Shown: piece by piece, positions 21,885 through 32,170 of the stretch
How positions within the stretch are numbered: position 1 is the stretch's first letter
Layout: each line of letters begins with the position of its first letter
NCBI GenBank assembly: GCA_050486445.1
Contig: JBJHDH010000011.1
Coordinates: 2,870 to 66,869, forward strand
DNA: 64,000 nucleotides
Reading direction: 5' to 3'
From: Euryhalocaulis sp.
GTDB lineage: Bacteria > Pseudomonadota > Alphaproteobacteria > Caulobacterales > Maricaulaceae
The notes under the pieces: generated by a model
What the model was told of the DNA's origin: nothing
Seen by the model: the letters and a program-made list of their open reading frames with translations, nothing else
Database searches by the model: none
Made by a program: the position numbers and the translations under genes

Positions 21885-22823
21885 GTGCCGCTGCTCAGCT
21901 TCACCGCGCCGGACAAGCCCTTGCCGTTCATGAAATGGCGCAGGGTCGCGTTCGTTCTGACTTCGCTGATGATGCTGATAACCCTGACCTCGTTGTCGAC
22001 CATCAATCTGAATCTGGGGGTGGATTTCACCGGCGGCACGGTGGTGGAGTTGCGCTCCAGCGAGCCCATCGACGTCGCCGCCCTGCGCGCGCAATTGACC
22101 GAGACCGGGTTCGAGGCCGCCTCGATCCAGGGGTTCGACGCCGGCATGGGCGCGACGGTGCGCATGCCCCCCGCCGAGGATGAGGAAGGCGAGCAGGAGA
22201 CTGTGCGCCTGCTACAGGCGGCGCTGGGCGCGGACTACACCATCGCTGGCGCCAGCGTGCTGGGCCCGAAAATTTCCGGCGAGTTTCTGAGAAATTCGAT
22301 CATCGCCGTGGCGCTCGCGATCCTGGCCATCGCCGTCTATATCTGGTTCCGCTTTGAGATGAAGTTCGGCCTGGCCGCCTTCATCACCACGCTTTACGAC
22401 GGCCTGATTATCTTCGGGCTGTTCTCGCTCACCCGGATGACGTTCGATCTCACCTCCATCGCCGCAATCCTCGCGGTGGTGGGCTATTCCATCAACGATA
22501 CGGTGGTGGTGTTCGACCGGATCCGCGAGAATCTGCGCAAGTACAAAGCCGCCACGGTCCCCGAGATCATCGACCGCTCGATCACCGAGACCCTGCCCCG
22601 CACCATCATGACCGGCGTCACCACGCTGTTCGCCAGCATGGCGCTGGCGATCTTTGGCGGGCCGGTTCTGTTCAGCTTTGGCATCGCCATTTCGTTCGGC
22701 ATCGTGGCCGGCACGATCTCCAGCGTTTTCGTGGCCGCGCCGCTGCTGATCTATCTGCCCGGCCGCATGCCCGGCGAGGAAGGCCGCGCCGAGAAGGAAA
22801 ACCTCCCCGTTCCGGCGGAATAG
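21885..22823 (+). CDS. secF: protein translocase subunit SecF
   Basis: GGGAGG lies 5 nt upstream of GTG 21885. Contains LGVDFTGGTVVEL and SINDTVVVFDRIRENL with 6 TM segments. No secD is adjacent. Confidence 0.85.
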   Translation: MPLLSFTAPDKPLPFMKWRRVAFVLTSLMMLITLTSLSTINLNLGVDFTGGTVVELRSSEPIDVAALRAQLTETGFEAASIQGFDAGMGATVRMPPAEDEEGEQETVRLLQAALGADYTIAGASVLGPKISGEFLRNSIIAVALAILAIAVYIWFRFEMKFGLAAFITTLYDGLIIFGLFSLTRMTFDLTSIAAILAVVGYSINDTVVVFDRIRENLRKYKAATVPEIIDRSITETLPRTIMTGVTTLFASMALAIFGGPVLFSFGIAISFGIVAGTISSVFVAAPLLIYLPGRMPGEEGRAEKENLPVPAE

Positions 22824-22853
22824 AGCGCGATCCGTTTATCCGGATCACGCTCT
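22822..22853 (+). terminator. hairpin AGAGCGCGATCCG-N6-CGGATCACGCTCT overlapping the secF stop
   Basis: 13-bp stem with 1 mismatch and no clear T-run. May be a REP-like element rather than a terminator. Confidence 0.3.
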
Positions 22854-22971
22854 ACACTTTGAAGTCGAGCAATTTCCATCGGCTTGAGTTGGCTCTTTGA
22901 TTCAACTTAAACCGATATTGCTCTAACGTCCGGCGCCACCGCGCCGCTCTCTCTGCTATGACTCGGGCGCA

Positions 22972-25059
22972 ATGCGTCCTGAAATCCTGTTCCCGCTCTT
23001 TGCCGGTCTGGAGACGCTGCCGGGCCTCGGGCCGAAGACCGCGCGTCTGGCCGCGCGCGCGGCCGGCGGCGAGGCGGTGCGCGACCTGCTGTTCCACGCG
23101 CCTGTGGGGCTGATCGACCGCGGCGCCCGGCCGGGCGCGGCGCACGCGCAGAACGGCGAGGTCGCCACATTCGAGGTCACCATCCACCGCCACGAGCCGC
23201 CGGACCGTGGCGGGCGCCGCCCCTGGCGGGTGATGACCAGCGACGAGACAGGCTTTCTGGTTCTGGTCTGGTTCCATGCCCGGCCCGACTGGCTGCGCCG
23301 GGAATTGCCGGAAGACGCGCGGCGCATCGTTTCCGGCCGGGTCGAGCGCTATGGCGACGAGCTGCGGATGCCGCACCCGGACCATATCCTGCCGCCGGAG
23401 CGCGCGGCCGAGCTGAAAGCCATCGAACCGGTCTATCGCATGACCGCCGAGCTTTCGCCCAAGACGCTGCGCAAGGCGGTGGAGGCGGCGGTGGAACGTG
23501 CGCCGGACCTGCCTGAATGGCAGGACCCCGCCATCCTCGCCCGCCACACATGGCCCGGCTGGCGCGAGGCGGTGACCGCCCTGCACACGCCGCATACCGC
23601 GGCCGATCTGGAGCCCTCCGCTCCAGCGCGTGAGCGGCTGGCCTATGACGAATTGCTGGCGCACCAGCTCGCGCTGCGGCTGGCGCGGGCGCAGCGCCGG
23701 GCCGCGCCGGGCCGGGCGCTGACCGGAGGCGACGCCAGGGTGCGCGCCGTGCTGGACGCCGCGCCCTTCGCCCCGACGGCGTCGCAAACGCAAGCGCTGG
23801 AGGAAATCTCCGCCGACATGGCGGCGCCGGCGCGGATGATGCGGCTGCTGCATGGCGATGTGGGGTCGGGCAAAACGTTTGTGGCGGCGCTGGCCGCCGC
23901 GCGCGCCGCAGGCGCAGGCGTGCAGACCGCCGTGCTGGCCCCCACCGAGATTCTGGCGCGCCAGCACGCGGCCGCTTTTTCCCGCTTCCTTACCCCCGCC
24001 GGGCTTGGCGTCGAGGCGCTGACCGGCCGCGACAAGGGCAAGCGGCGCGCCGAGATTCTGGCCCGGCTGGAAGCGGGAGAGATCGACGTGCTGTGCGGCA
24101 CGCACGCGCTGTTTCAGGAGAGCGTGGCGTTTCACGATCTGGGTCTGGTGGTAGTGGACGAGCAGCACCGCTTCGGCGTCTCCGACCGCGCGCGCATGGC
24201 GGCGAAAGGCCCGCGCCCCGATACGCTGGTGATGAGCGCCACGCCGATTCCGCGCACGCTCGCACTCTCGATTTACGGTGACCTGGATATTTCAGAGCTG
24301 CCCGACAAGCCGGCCGGGCGCAGGCCCATCGCCACCAGCGCCGCGCCGATGGAGCGGCTGGACGAGGTGACCGAGGCCGTGATCCGCGCCTGTGCGCGCG
24401 GCGAGCGGGTCTATTGGGTCTGTCCGCTGGTGGAGGAATCCGAACTGAGCGACCTGACGGCGGCGGAGGAGCGCCAGCGCCATCTGGCCGCCCGCACCGG
24501 GCTTCCCATCGGTCTGGTCCACGGCCGCATGAAGCCAGCAGAGAAAGAGAAAGCCGCCGAGGCATTCCGCGCCGGCGAGACGCCGATTCTGGTCGCCACC
24601 ACGGTGATTGAGGTCGGGATCGATTCCCCCGACGCCACGGTGATGATCGTGGAGCACGCCGAGCGGTTCGGTCTGGCCCAGCTCCACCAGTTGCGCGGCC
24701 GGGTCGGTCGCTCGGACCGGCCTTCGTCCTGCCTGCTGCTCTATCAGGGGCCGCTGGGCGAAACGGCGCGCGCGCGGCTGGACATCCTGCGCCAGACCCA
24801 GGACGGGTTCGTCATCGCCGAGGAAGATTTACGCCTGCGCGGTTCCGGCGACCTGCTGGGTCTGAAACAGACCGGCTTTCCGCAATTCCGCATCGCCGAC
24901 CTGTCACGCCAGACCGATCTGCTGCGCATGGCGGCGGACGAGGCGCGGCTGATCGCCGGGCGGACGCCGGAACTGGAAGGACCGCGCGGCGAGGCGCTGC
25001 GCGTGCTGCTCTATCTGCACGACCGGGATACGGGCGTCCGTCTGTTGCGCGGGGGTTAG
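22972..25059 (+). CDS. recG: ATP-dependent DNA helicase RecG
   Basis: 695 aa with a wedge domain plus helicase motifs GDVGSGKTFVA and DEQHRFGV. Confidence 0.95.
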   Translation: MRPEILFPLFAGLETLPGLGPKTARLAARAAGGEAVRDLLFHAPVGLIDRGARPGAAHAQNGEVATFEVTIHRHEPPDRGGRRPWRVMTSDETGFLVLVWFHARPDWLRRELPEDARRIVSGRVERYGDELRMPHPDHILPPERAAELKAIEPVYRMTAELSPKTLRKAVEAAVERAPDLPEWQDPAILARHTWPGWREAVTALHTPHTAADLEPSAPARERLAYDELLAHQLALRLARAQRRAAPGRALTGGDARVRAVLDAAPFAPTASQTQALEEISADMAAPARMMRLLHGDVGSGKTFVAALAAARAAGAGVQTAVLAPTEILARQHAAAFSRFLTPAGLGVEALTGRDKGKRRAEILARLEAGEIDVLCGTHALFQESVAFHDLGLVVVDEQHRFGVSDRARMAAKGPRPDTLVMSATPIPRTLALSIYGDLDISELPDKPAGRRPIATSAAPMERLDEVTEAVIRACARGERVYWVCPLVEESELSDLTAAEERQRHLAARTGLPIGLVHGRMKPAEKEKAAEAFRAGETPILVATTVIEVGIDSPDATVMIVEHAERFGLAQLHQLRGRVGRSDRPSSCLLLYQGPLGETARARLDILRQTQDGFVIAEEDLRLRGSGDLLGLKQTGFPQFRIADLSRQTDLLRMAADEARLIAGRTPELEGPRGEALRVLLYLHDRDTGVRLLRGG

Positions 25060-25061
25060 GG

Positions 25062-25790
25062 CTAGGCTTCCGGCGGCGGCGTTTCCTTGCGCACCGGCGG
25101 GGCGCCGTTCACCGCTCCCGGGGCGGCGGGCTTGGGGAAGTCCTCGCCCGGCAGCATCAGCCCGGCGGACATCACCAGCTTGGCCCCCTCTTCCAGCGTC
25201 ACGTTCAGCGGCTTGATCCGGTCGCGCCGCTCATAGATCAGGAAGCCCGAGGTCGGGTTGGGCGTGGTCGGCACAAACACCGCCACCCGCTCATCCCCCA
25301 GAAGGTCGGCCAGCGATCCGGTCACCGAGCGGGCGACAAAGCCCACCGCCCAGACATCGTCGCGCGGCCACTGGATCAGCACCACATCGCGGAAAGAATT
25401 CTCCCGCTGGAGCATGATCGAGGAAATGATCTGCTTGATCGCCCGGTAGATGTTGCGGACCAACGGCACGCGATCAACCAGCCGGTCGCCCCAGCCAAGG
25501 GCCGCGCGGCCGGCGATATTGGTCGCGAATGCGCCCAGCACCGTCAGGAACACGACCGCGAACACCAGACCCAGGCCCGGAATCCCGAACGGCAGATAGG
25601 TCTCCGGATTATAGACCGGCGGAATCAGCGGCTTCACCGTCCGGTCGACAAAGCCGATCAGAGCCAGGACCAGCCACAGGGTCACTGTGATCGGAGCCGC
25701 CACCACGATTCCAGCCAATAGATTGTTCCGCAAGGCGCGCATCAGCTCGCCACGCGGCTTCGGTTCGGTAGTTCCAGGAGTTTTAAACAC
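25062..25790 (-). CDS. DUF502 domain-containing membrane protein
   Basis: 242 aa. The pattern LLAGIVVAAPITVTLWLV...IPGLGLVFAVVFLTVLG matches the DUF502 architecture. Confidence 0.65.
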   Translation of the reverse strand: MFKTPGTTEPKPRGELMRALRNNLLAGIVVAAPITVTLWLVLALIGFVDRTVKPLIPPVYNPETYLPFGIPGLGLVFAVVFLTVLGAFATNIAGRAALGWGDRLVDRVPLVRNIYRAIKQIISSIMLQRENSFRDVVLIQWPRDDVWAVGFVARSVTGSLADLLGDERVAVFVPTTPNPTSGFLIYERRDRIKPLNVTLEEGAKLVMSAGLMLPGEDFPKPAAPGAVNGAPPVRKETPPPEA

Positions 25791-25869
25791 CGAGGGGCCC
25801 TTTGCTGCGAATGCCTGTGATACCGCGCCGCCGGGTTGCGGGAAAGCGCACCCCCTGCCGTGCGGCGAT

Positions 25870-27153
25870 ATGGCGGCGCCAAAACCGCCTGTCCGCGCCT
25901 TGATGCCGTCACAGCCAGATGGTCAGTTGGCGCGCATGAACCGCGCGCAGGCCTATATCGTTCCCGTGCTGGCGTTTCTCACGCGCCGCTGGCGCCTGCT
26001 TTCCATCGCGGCGGCGCTGGCGCTGACCGCTTTGCTGTCCATTCTGGTCATCACCCATCGCAATAATCTGTTCGTGCTGCTGAACGATCCGGGCACGCCC
26101 TTCCAGATCTGGCAGCCGCCGCCGGCGCCGGATTACGCCGAAGCCGACGCCTGGGCGCTGGCGCCTGATCTTTCGGACGATGACGTGGCGGCGGTGTTTT
26201 TCATCCACCCGACCACCTATTCGGGCGGCGGCGACTGGAACGCGCCCATCGACAAGCCGCTGAGCCGCAACACGGTCGACCGGATAATGCTGCCCAATCA
26301 CGCGGGGCCGTTTATCGCCGCCGGGCCAGTCTTCGCGCCGCGCTATCGCCAGGCCTCGCTCTACACGCTGCTGACCAATCGCGACGATGCGCGCCGCGCG
26401 CGCACCTTCGCCTATCGGGACGTGGCGCGCGCCTTTGACGCCTTTCTGGAGCGGATCGGCGATGAACGGGCCTTTGTGCTGGCAGGGACCGGCCAGGGCG
26501 GGCTGCACGCTATCGGGCTGCTCCGCGACCGCGTCGCCAGGGATCCGGCGGTGCAAAACCGCATGATCGCCGCCTATATTATCGAGTATCCGGTTCCGGC
26601 CGATCTTTATGACAATGCGCTGTCGCCCCTGACGCCCTGCCGCGCCGCCGGCGACTTCCGATGCGTCATCAGCTGGGCCTCGGCGCGCGCCAGCGATACG
26701 CGGCGCATCCGCCACCTCACCGAGCACCTGATGGTCTGGGGCCCCGGCGATATGCGTCCCGTCTCCGGCCGCCGGCTGACCTGCATGAATCCGCTGTTGT
26801 GGAATCTGAGCGAAGACTTTGCTCCGGCGCGCCTCAATCGCGGCGCAGTGGCGGCCGAAGGCCTGGAGTCCGGCGTGATGCCCAGCCCCGCCCCGGGCCA
26901 GACCAGCGCCCAGTGCCAGGACGGCGTTCTGCTGATCGAAGATGCGGCCTCGCGACGGTTCCGGCCGCCTCTGGCGCTGGTCCAGCGTTATCGTGTTCAG
27001 CCTTACAATCTTTTTTACGAAGACATTCGCGCCAATCTCGCGGTCCGCACCCAGGCCGCACTGGCCCGCATGGCGGATGACGCACGCTACGCCGCGCCGA
27101 TCGAACAGGAAGTCATTTTCGGCGCTGCGCCCATCCACCGCGTCCCTGACTAG
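25870..27153 (+). CDS. DUF3089-like alpha/beta-hydrolase-fold protein, membrane anchored
   Basis: N-terminal TM LLSIAAALALTALLSILVI. The motif VAAVFFIHPTTYSGGGDWNAPID resembles DUF3089. Start is uncertain (25870 or 25936). Confidence 0.5.
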   Translation: MAAPKPPVRALMPSQPDGQLARMNRAQAYIVPVLAFLTRRWRLLSIAAALALTALLSILVITHRNNLFVLLNDPGTPFQIWQPPPAPDYAEADAWALAPDLSDDDVAAVFFIHPTTYSGGGDWNAPIDKPLSRNTVDRIMLPNHAGPFIAAGPVFAPRYRQASLYTLLTNRDDARRARTFAYRDVARAFDAFLERIGDERAFVLAGTGQGGLHAIGLLRDRVARDPAVQNRMIAAYIIEYPVPADLYDNALSPLTPCRAAGDFRCVISWASARASDTRRIRHLTEHLMVWGPGDMRPVSGRRLTCMNPLLWNLSEDFAPARLNRGAVAAEGLESGVMPSPAPGQTSAQCQDGVLLIEDAASRRFRPPLALVQRYRVQPYNLFYEDIRANLAVRTQAALARMADDARYAAPIEQEVIFGAAPIHRVPD

Positions 27154-27161
27154 GCTGTATT

Positions 27162-27194
27162 GCAAAACAAAAGACCGGCGCGAGGCCGGTCTTT
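27162..27194. terminator. bidirectional intrinsic terminator between convergent genes
   Basis: AAGACCGGC-gcgag-GCCGGTCTT stem, flanked by an A-run (CAAAACAAAA) on one side and TTT on the other. The minus-strand orientation has the better T-tract. Confidence 0.65.
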
Positions 27195-27223
27195 CGCATA
27201 TCCGTCTTTATATCTCGCCGGTA

Positions 27224-27466
27224 TCAGCAGGTGCGGTCTTCGCGGCATCCGACGATTGCCCCCGCGGCCGCGCCAACACCGGCGCCAACGGCGGCGCCTT
27301 CGACAACACCAACGCCGCCTGAAAGAATGCCGACACCCGCGCCCGCTGCGGCGCCGACGCCCGCTCCGGTCAACGCCCTGTTCTGCGTATGCGCCGAACA
27401 GGCGCCAAGACCGAGCGCCAGCGTGCCCGCGGCGGCATAAGCGACGAATTTTGATCTTCCATGCAT
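27224..27466 (-). CDS. small glycine-zipper lipoprotein (OsmB/17-kDa-antigen-like)
   Basis: 80 aa, MHGRSKFVAYAAAGTLALGLGAC (lipobox) followed by GAGVGAAAGAGVG...GAGVGAAAGAIVG. Confidence 0.65.
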   Translation of the reverse strand: MHGRSKFVAYAAAGTLALGLGACSAHTQNRALTGAGVGAAAGAGVGILSGGVGVVEGAAVGAGVGAAAGAIVGCREDRTC

Positions 27467-27667
27467 CGTCTTTCTCCCTGACTGCACACAGCAGTTCAAT
27501 GATCGTCTGAAGCAACGCGCGCGCTGCGGTTGCGTTCCCGCATCGCCGCGCCAACGCTGAATCCCGGCATTTTTTTACGTTTTTCGGCCGCCGGCCCCAT
27601 GTTTCCATTATCGGGGCAACACTTTCGTAAACCGTTTGGGGCAATTTCCCCCCCGGGAGAGGGGTAA

Positions 27668-29617
27668 ATGCGCGTCGACTCGGCGGAATTGCAACGAATC
27701 GTTGATTTGGCGTCTCCCGGCCTGTTCGCGGCCGGTGAAGACGGCGCCATTCTTTATGCCAATCCCGGCTTCGCCTCATTACTGGGATATCGCAGCGCCG
27801 ACGAGTTCGTGGCGGTTTCCGGCGGACTTGCGGCCTGTTTTGCCGAACCCGGGCAGTGGCGCGCACTGGCGGATCAGATAGACCGCGAAGGCGCCGTGGA
27901 GGGGGCGATCCGCCGCTTCCTGCGCAAGGATGGCGCGGAGATCGCCCTTTCCTTTTCCTGCCGCCGCGCCAATGAAGATTCCGGACCCCGCTATGCCGGT
28001 TCTGTTACGGATGTCACGGCGCTGGCCGGAGATACATCCGAGCAGCACTATCGGGAAATCTATTCCAGTGCGCCCGTTGGAATCTATCGCATCTCGCCCG
28101 AAGGACGCGCGATCAGCGCCAACGCCGCTTTCTTTTCCATGTTCGGATTTTCCACCGAGACCGGCCTGCGCGCCGGCTTCAACGCCGATACGATCTATGC
28201 CGAATCTGGACAGCGCACCGAACTCTTGCGGCAACTGGACATCCACGGCTACGTCGAGGGATTTGAATCCGAGCTTGCCGTGACGGGTGAAGGCCGCCGC
28301 CGCTGGGTCAGCGAAACGGCGCGCGCGGTGCGCGGCGAGGACGGCCGGGTCGCCTATTATGAAGGCGTTATGGAAGACATCACCGCGCGCAAGGAGGCCG
28401 CCGCGCTACGCCGCATCGCCGAACAGGCCGAACGCGCCAATCGCATCAAGTCCGAATTCCTCGCCTCCATGAGCCATGAGCTGCGTACGCCCCTGAACGG
28501 GGTGATCGGCGCCGCGCATGTGCTGAAGCGCAGCGTGGCTGAGGAAAAGGATCGTCAGCTTGCGCAGCTGATTGTCACTTCGGGCGAAAGCCTGCTTACC
28601 ATCCTCAACGACATTCTCGACCTCGCCAAGGTTGAGGCCGGCCGGCTGGAGCTGGAGATCGACACATTCGACCCGCACCAGATGGTGGAAGAGACGCTGC
28701 AACACTGGCGCCCGCTGGCCTCTGAAAAGCGGCTGGAGCTGAAAACCGAGATCGGCGCCGCTGTGCCAGGCAGGCTGCGCGGCGACTCCCGCCGTATCCG
28801 CCAGGTGATGAGCAATTACATTTCCAACGCGCTGAAATTCACCGAGAACGGATCCATCACTGTCTGTCTCACCGCCCGGCCGGACGGCGCCTGCACGCGG
28901 CTGTGCGTCGAGGTGCGCGACAGCGGCGTTGGCATCCCGGAGGACGGCCGCGCGCGCGTTTTCGACAAATTCTTCCAGCTCAAGGAAATTTCCCGCAACA
29001 AGGGCGGCACGGGTCTGGGCCTGGCGATTTGCCGTGAGTTTGCCGCGCTGATGGGGGGCGAGGTCGGCTGCGACGTGGCGCCGGAAGGCGGCGCCTGTTT
29101 CTGGCTTTCCGTGCCGCTGCATGTTCCGGATGAAGCCGCGCGGGAAGAGACCGAGGAAGAGAACGATGTCGTCAGCCTGCACGGGCTGAAAATTCTCGCC
29201 GCCGAGGACAACGCCATCAATCGCCGGGTGCTCAGCGCTTTGCTGGAAAATTTTGACTGCACGCCAATCTTCGCCGAAGACGGCCGTCAGGCGCTGGACG
29301 CGCTGATGGCCGGGCGGTTCGACGTGATCCTGATGGATATCCAGATGCCGGAAATGGACGGCATCGAAGTGGTGAAACGCTTCCGCCAATACGAGACGGA
29401 GACGGGAGCGCCGCGCACGCCCGTAATCGCGCTGACCGCGAACGCCATGGAAGGCGACCGCGAAGCCTATCTGGAAGCGGGCATGGACGATTTCGTCGCC
29501 AAACCCATCGACCCTGCCCTGCTGTTGCAGACCATCGCCAGCGTTCATGTCCATCTTGGCGGCGGCGTTATCACTGGCGGCGCGCCGGCGCAGGTCTCTG
29601 CCGCGGACGCGGCCTGA
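27668..29617 (+). CDS. hybrid sensor histidine kinase/response regulator (PAS-PAS-HisKA-HATPase-REC)
   Basis: 649 aa with H-box SHELRTPLN, G-box GGTGLGLAI and a receiver DVILMDIQMPEMDG. Confidence 0.9.
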   Translation: MRVDSAELQRIVDLASPGLFAAGEDGAILYANPGFASLLGYRSADEFVAVSGGLAACFAEPGQWRALADQIDREGAVEGAIRRFLRKDGAEIALSFSCRRANEDSGPRYAGSVTDVTALAGDTSEQHYREIYSSAPVGIYRISPEGRAISANAAFFSMFGFSTETGLRAGFNADTIYAESGQRTELLRQLDIHGYVEGFESELAVTGEGRRRWVSETARAVRGEDGRVAYYEGVMEDITARKEAAALRRIAEQAERANRIKSEFLASMSHELRTPLNGVIGAAHVLKRSVAEEKDRQLAQLIVTSGESLLTILNDILDLAKVEAGRLELEIDTFDPHQMVEETLQHWRPLASEKRLELKTEIGAAVPGRLRGDSRRIRQVMSNYISNALKFTENGSITVCLTARPDGACTRLCVEVRDSGVGIPEDGRARVFDKFFQLKEISRNKGGTGLGLAICREFAALMGGEVGCDVAPEGGACFWLSVPLHVPDEAAREETEEENDVVSLHGLKILAAEDNAINRRVLSALLENFDCTPIFAEDGRQALDALMAGRFDVILMDIQMPEMDGIEVVKRFRQYETETGAPRTPVIALTANAMEGDREAYLEAGMDDFVAKPIDPALLLQTIASVHVHLGGGVITGGAPAQVSAADAA

Positions 29618-29638
29618 CCGCACTCAGGATATACAGGT

Positions 29639-32170
29639 TTATTCTGCACCCATCGCTTTCATGGCGGCGGCTGTGATTGACTGGCGCAGGCCGGGCATCT
29701 CTGCCCATGGGTCGGCTTTCATCTTCGCCAGCCGCTTCTCCATGCTCCCCAAGGTCCATGCGGCGGGGCTTTTCAGCGTATCCAGCTCGTCCCATGACAG
29801 CGGCGCCCCGACCGGCGCGCCTGCTCGCGCGCGTGTGGAGTATGGCGCAATCGCCGTGTTCATCCGGTCGTTGCGCAGATAATCGACGAAGATGCGGCCG
29901 CTCCGCCGTTTCTTCGCCATGTTTGCGACATAGCGCGCCGGGTCGGCCTCCTCCATACGCTCCGCCACAGCACGGGCGAACGCCTTCACCTCTTTCCATT
30001 CGCGCCTTCGCGTAAGCGGTGCAACAACATGCAGCCCCTTGCCGCCCGTGGCTTTCAGGAACGAGGTCAGCCCCACAGACTCCAGCACGCCCCGCACCTC
30101 ACGCGCAGCCTGCTTCACCGCCGCAAAATCCACATCCGGGCCCGGATCGAGATCGAAGATCATCGTATCGGGCCGCTCCAGATCGTCGATGCGCGCGCCC
30201 CAGGGATGCAGCTCCAGCGCGCCGATCTGCGCCGCGGCGACCAGCGCCGCCGGAGTCTGGAACAGCAGATAATCGCCCTCACCTTCCCGCTCAGGCACGG
30301 TGACGCGACCGATCTGCTCCGGCGCCCCGGCCCAGATATGGCGCTGATAGAAGCACTCGCCGCCCTGCCCCTCCGGACAGCGCAGGATGCTGACCGGCCG
30401 GTCCTTCAGGAAGGGCAGAATACGATCCGCCACCGCCAGATAATATTCGGCCAGGCGCCGCTTGGTGATTCCCTGATCGGGCCACAGCACGCGATCGGGG
30501 TGCGTAAGGCGCACGCCCGCGAGCGTGGCGGCGTCATCGCCGGACCTGGCCTTTGAGCCAGGCTTCGCCACGGCGCCGCCCTTGGCTTTTGTTTCCGCCG
30601 GCGGCGGCTTCGGAGTCTCCCGCACAATATCCTCCGGCTTTTTATCCTCGCGCAGCGCCACGAAGGAAGGATGACGCAGCCGTCCGTCCTGCGTCCACTC
30701 CAAAAACTGCACCTCCACCACATGCTCCGGCCGTGCGAACACGGCGCCGCGCGCCATGGCGCGGGGAATATCGCCAAATGGATTGGGCGCGCAGGTGGCG
30801 TCCAGACGCCGCTTCCATTCCCGTGTCTGCGCCGCGCTGAATCCCGTTCCAACGCGCCCGGAATAATGCAGCGCATCACCTTCCCACACGCCGAGCAGCA
30901 GCGAGGCGACGCCCCGCGGATTTTTTTCCGATGGCGAATAACCGCCGACAACGAATTCCTGCCGCCGGATGCATTTTGTCTTCAGCCATGTCCGGCTGCG
31001 CGCGGACACATAGCGGGCGTCCGCCTTTTTCGAGATAATCCCTTCCAGCCCCGCCTTGCAGGCCTGTTCGTGAAAGGCCGCGCCGCGCCCCGCGACATGA
31101 TCGCTGTAGCGCACCTGACCGATAATATCCGGGCCGCCGAACAGGGCGCGCAGCATCTCCTTCCGCTCCACGAGCGGGCGCCGCACCAGGCTTCGTCCGT
31201 CCAGCTTCAGAATATCGAACAGGAAGAGAGTCAGCGGCTGCGGCCCGCCGCCCAGCGTATCTTTCAGCAGTTTGAAATCCGTTCGGCCTTCGGAATCCAC
31301 CACGCAGATCTCGCCGTCGAGCAAAGCGGACTTTACGCCAAGGCGTTCCAGATCGGGGACCAGCGTGCGGAATTTTTCCGTCCAGTCCTTGCCGGAACGG
31401 GTGAAGATGCGCGCACCGCCTTTCCCAAGCGCGCAAATCGCCCGATAGCCATCGAACTTGATCTCGTGCAGCCAGCCGTCACCCTCCGGCGCATCGCTCA
31501 CAAGCGTGGCAAGCTGGGGCGCGGCGAAGGCCGGCCGCGCCAGCGTTCGCTTTACGGACGCTGTTTTGGCCGCGGGCGCCTTCACGTCCGCCCCCGCCGC
31601 GATGTCCTGCATGCCGCGGCCGGTCTTCACACTGACATCCAGCTCGGCGACCGGGCCAACGGCGTCACGCGCCGCCTTGTCGCGCTCCTTGATGAGCAGC
31701 CAGTTCTCCCGCCCCCGCTCCTCGTTCATGCGAACCAGAACCCAGTCGCCGGAAAGACGCTCGCCATACAGGGTGAATTTCAGCTCGCCCTTTTCCAGCC
31801 CCGCATCGACATCCCCGCGCGGCGTCCAGCGTCCGCGATCCCACAGCATGACCGTGCCGCCGCCATACTCGCCCTTGGGGATCACGCCTTCAAAATCGCC
31901 ATAGGTGACGGGGTGATCCTCTGTCCGCACAGCCAGGCGCCGGTCTTTCGGATTCAGCGACGGTCCCTTGGGCGCGGCCCAGGAGAGCAGCACGCCATCA
32001 TGCTCCAGCCGGAAGTCGTAATGCAGACGCCGGGCGGCGTGCTTCTGGATCAGATAGGCGCGGCCGTTCTCTTTACCGGCTTCGCCGCGCGGTTCCTGCG
32101 TGCGGGTGAAATCCCGTTTGGCGTTATAGGTTTTCAGCGAGCGCCGCTTTTCGCGGGGCGCGGCGGGCAT
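29639..32170 (-). CDS. ligD: DNA ligase D (phosphoesterase-ligase-polymerase)
   Basis: 843 aa with N-terminal PE domain HAARRLHYDFRLE, ligase motif I EIKFDGYR and a C-terminal primase-polymerase domain. Stop abuts ku. Confidence 0.92.
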   Translation of the reverse strand: MPAAPREKRRSLKTYNAKRDFTRTQEPRGEAGKENGRAYLIQKHAARRLHYDFRLEHDGVLLSWAAPKGPSLNPKDRRLAVRTEDHPVTYGDFEGVIPKGEYGGGTVMLWDRGRWTPRGDVDAGLEKGELKFTLYGERLSGDWVLVRMNEERGRENWLLIKERDKAARDAVGPVAELDVSVKTGRGMQDIAAGADVKAPAAKTASVKRTLARPAFAAPQLATLVSDAPEGDGWLHEIKFDGYRAICALGKGGARIFTRSGKDWTEKFRTLVPDLERLGVKSALLDGEICVVDSEGRTDFKLLKDTLGGGPQPLTLFLFDILKLDGRSLVRRPLVERKEMLRALFGGPDIIGQVRYSDHVAGRGAAFHEQACKAGLEGIISKKADARYVSARSRTWLKTKCIRRQEFVVGGYSPSEKNPRGVASLLLGVWEGDALHYSGRVGTGFSAAQTREWKRRLDATCAPNPFGDIPRAMARGAVFARPEHVVEVQFLEWTQDGRLRHPSFVALREDKKPEDIVRETPKPPPAETKAKGGAVAKPGSKARSGDDAATLAGVRLTHPDRVLWPDQGITKRRLAEYYLAVADRILPFLKDRPVSILRCPEGQGGECFYQRHIWAGAPEQIGRVTVPEREGEGDYLLFQTPAALVAAAQIGALELHPWGARIDDLERPDTMIFDLDPGPDVDFAAVKQAAREVRGVLESVGLTSFLKATGGKGLHVVAPLTRRREWKEVKAFARAVAERMEEADPARYVANMAKKRRSGRIFVDYLRNDRMNTAIAPYSTRARAGAPVGAPLSWDELDTLKSPAAWTLGSMEKRLAKMKADPWAEMPGLRQSITAAAMKAMGAE

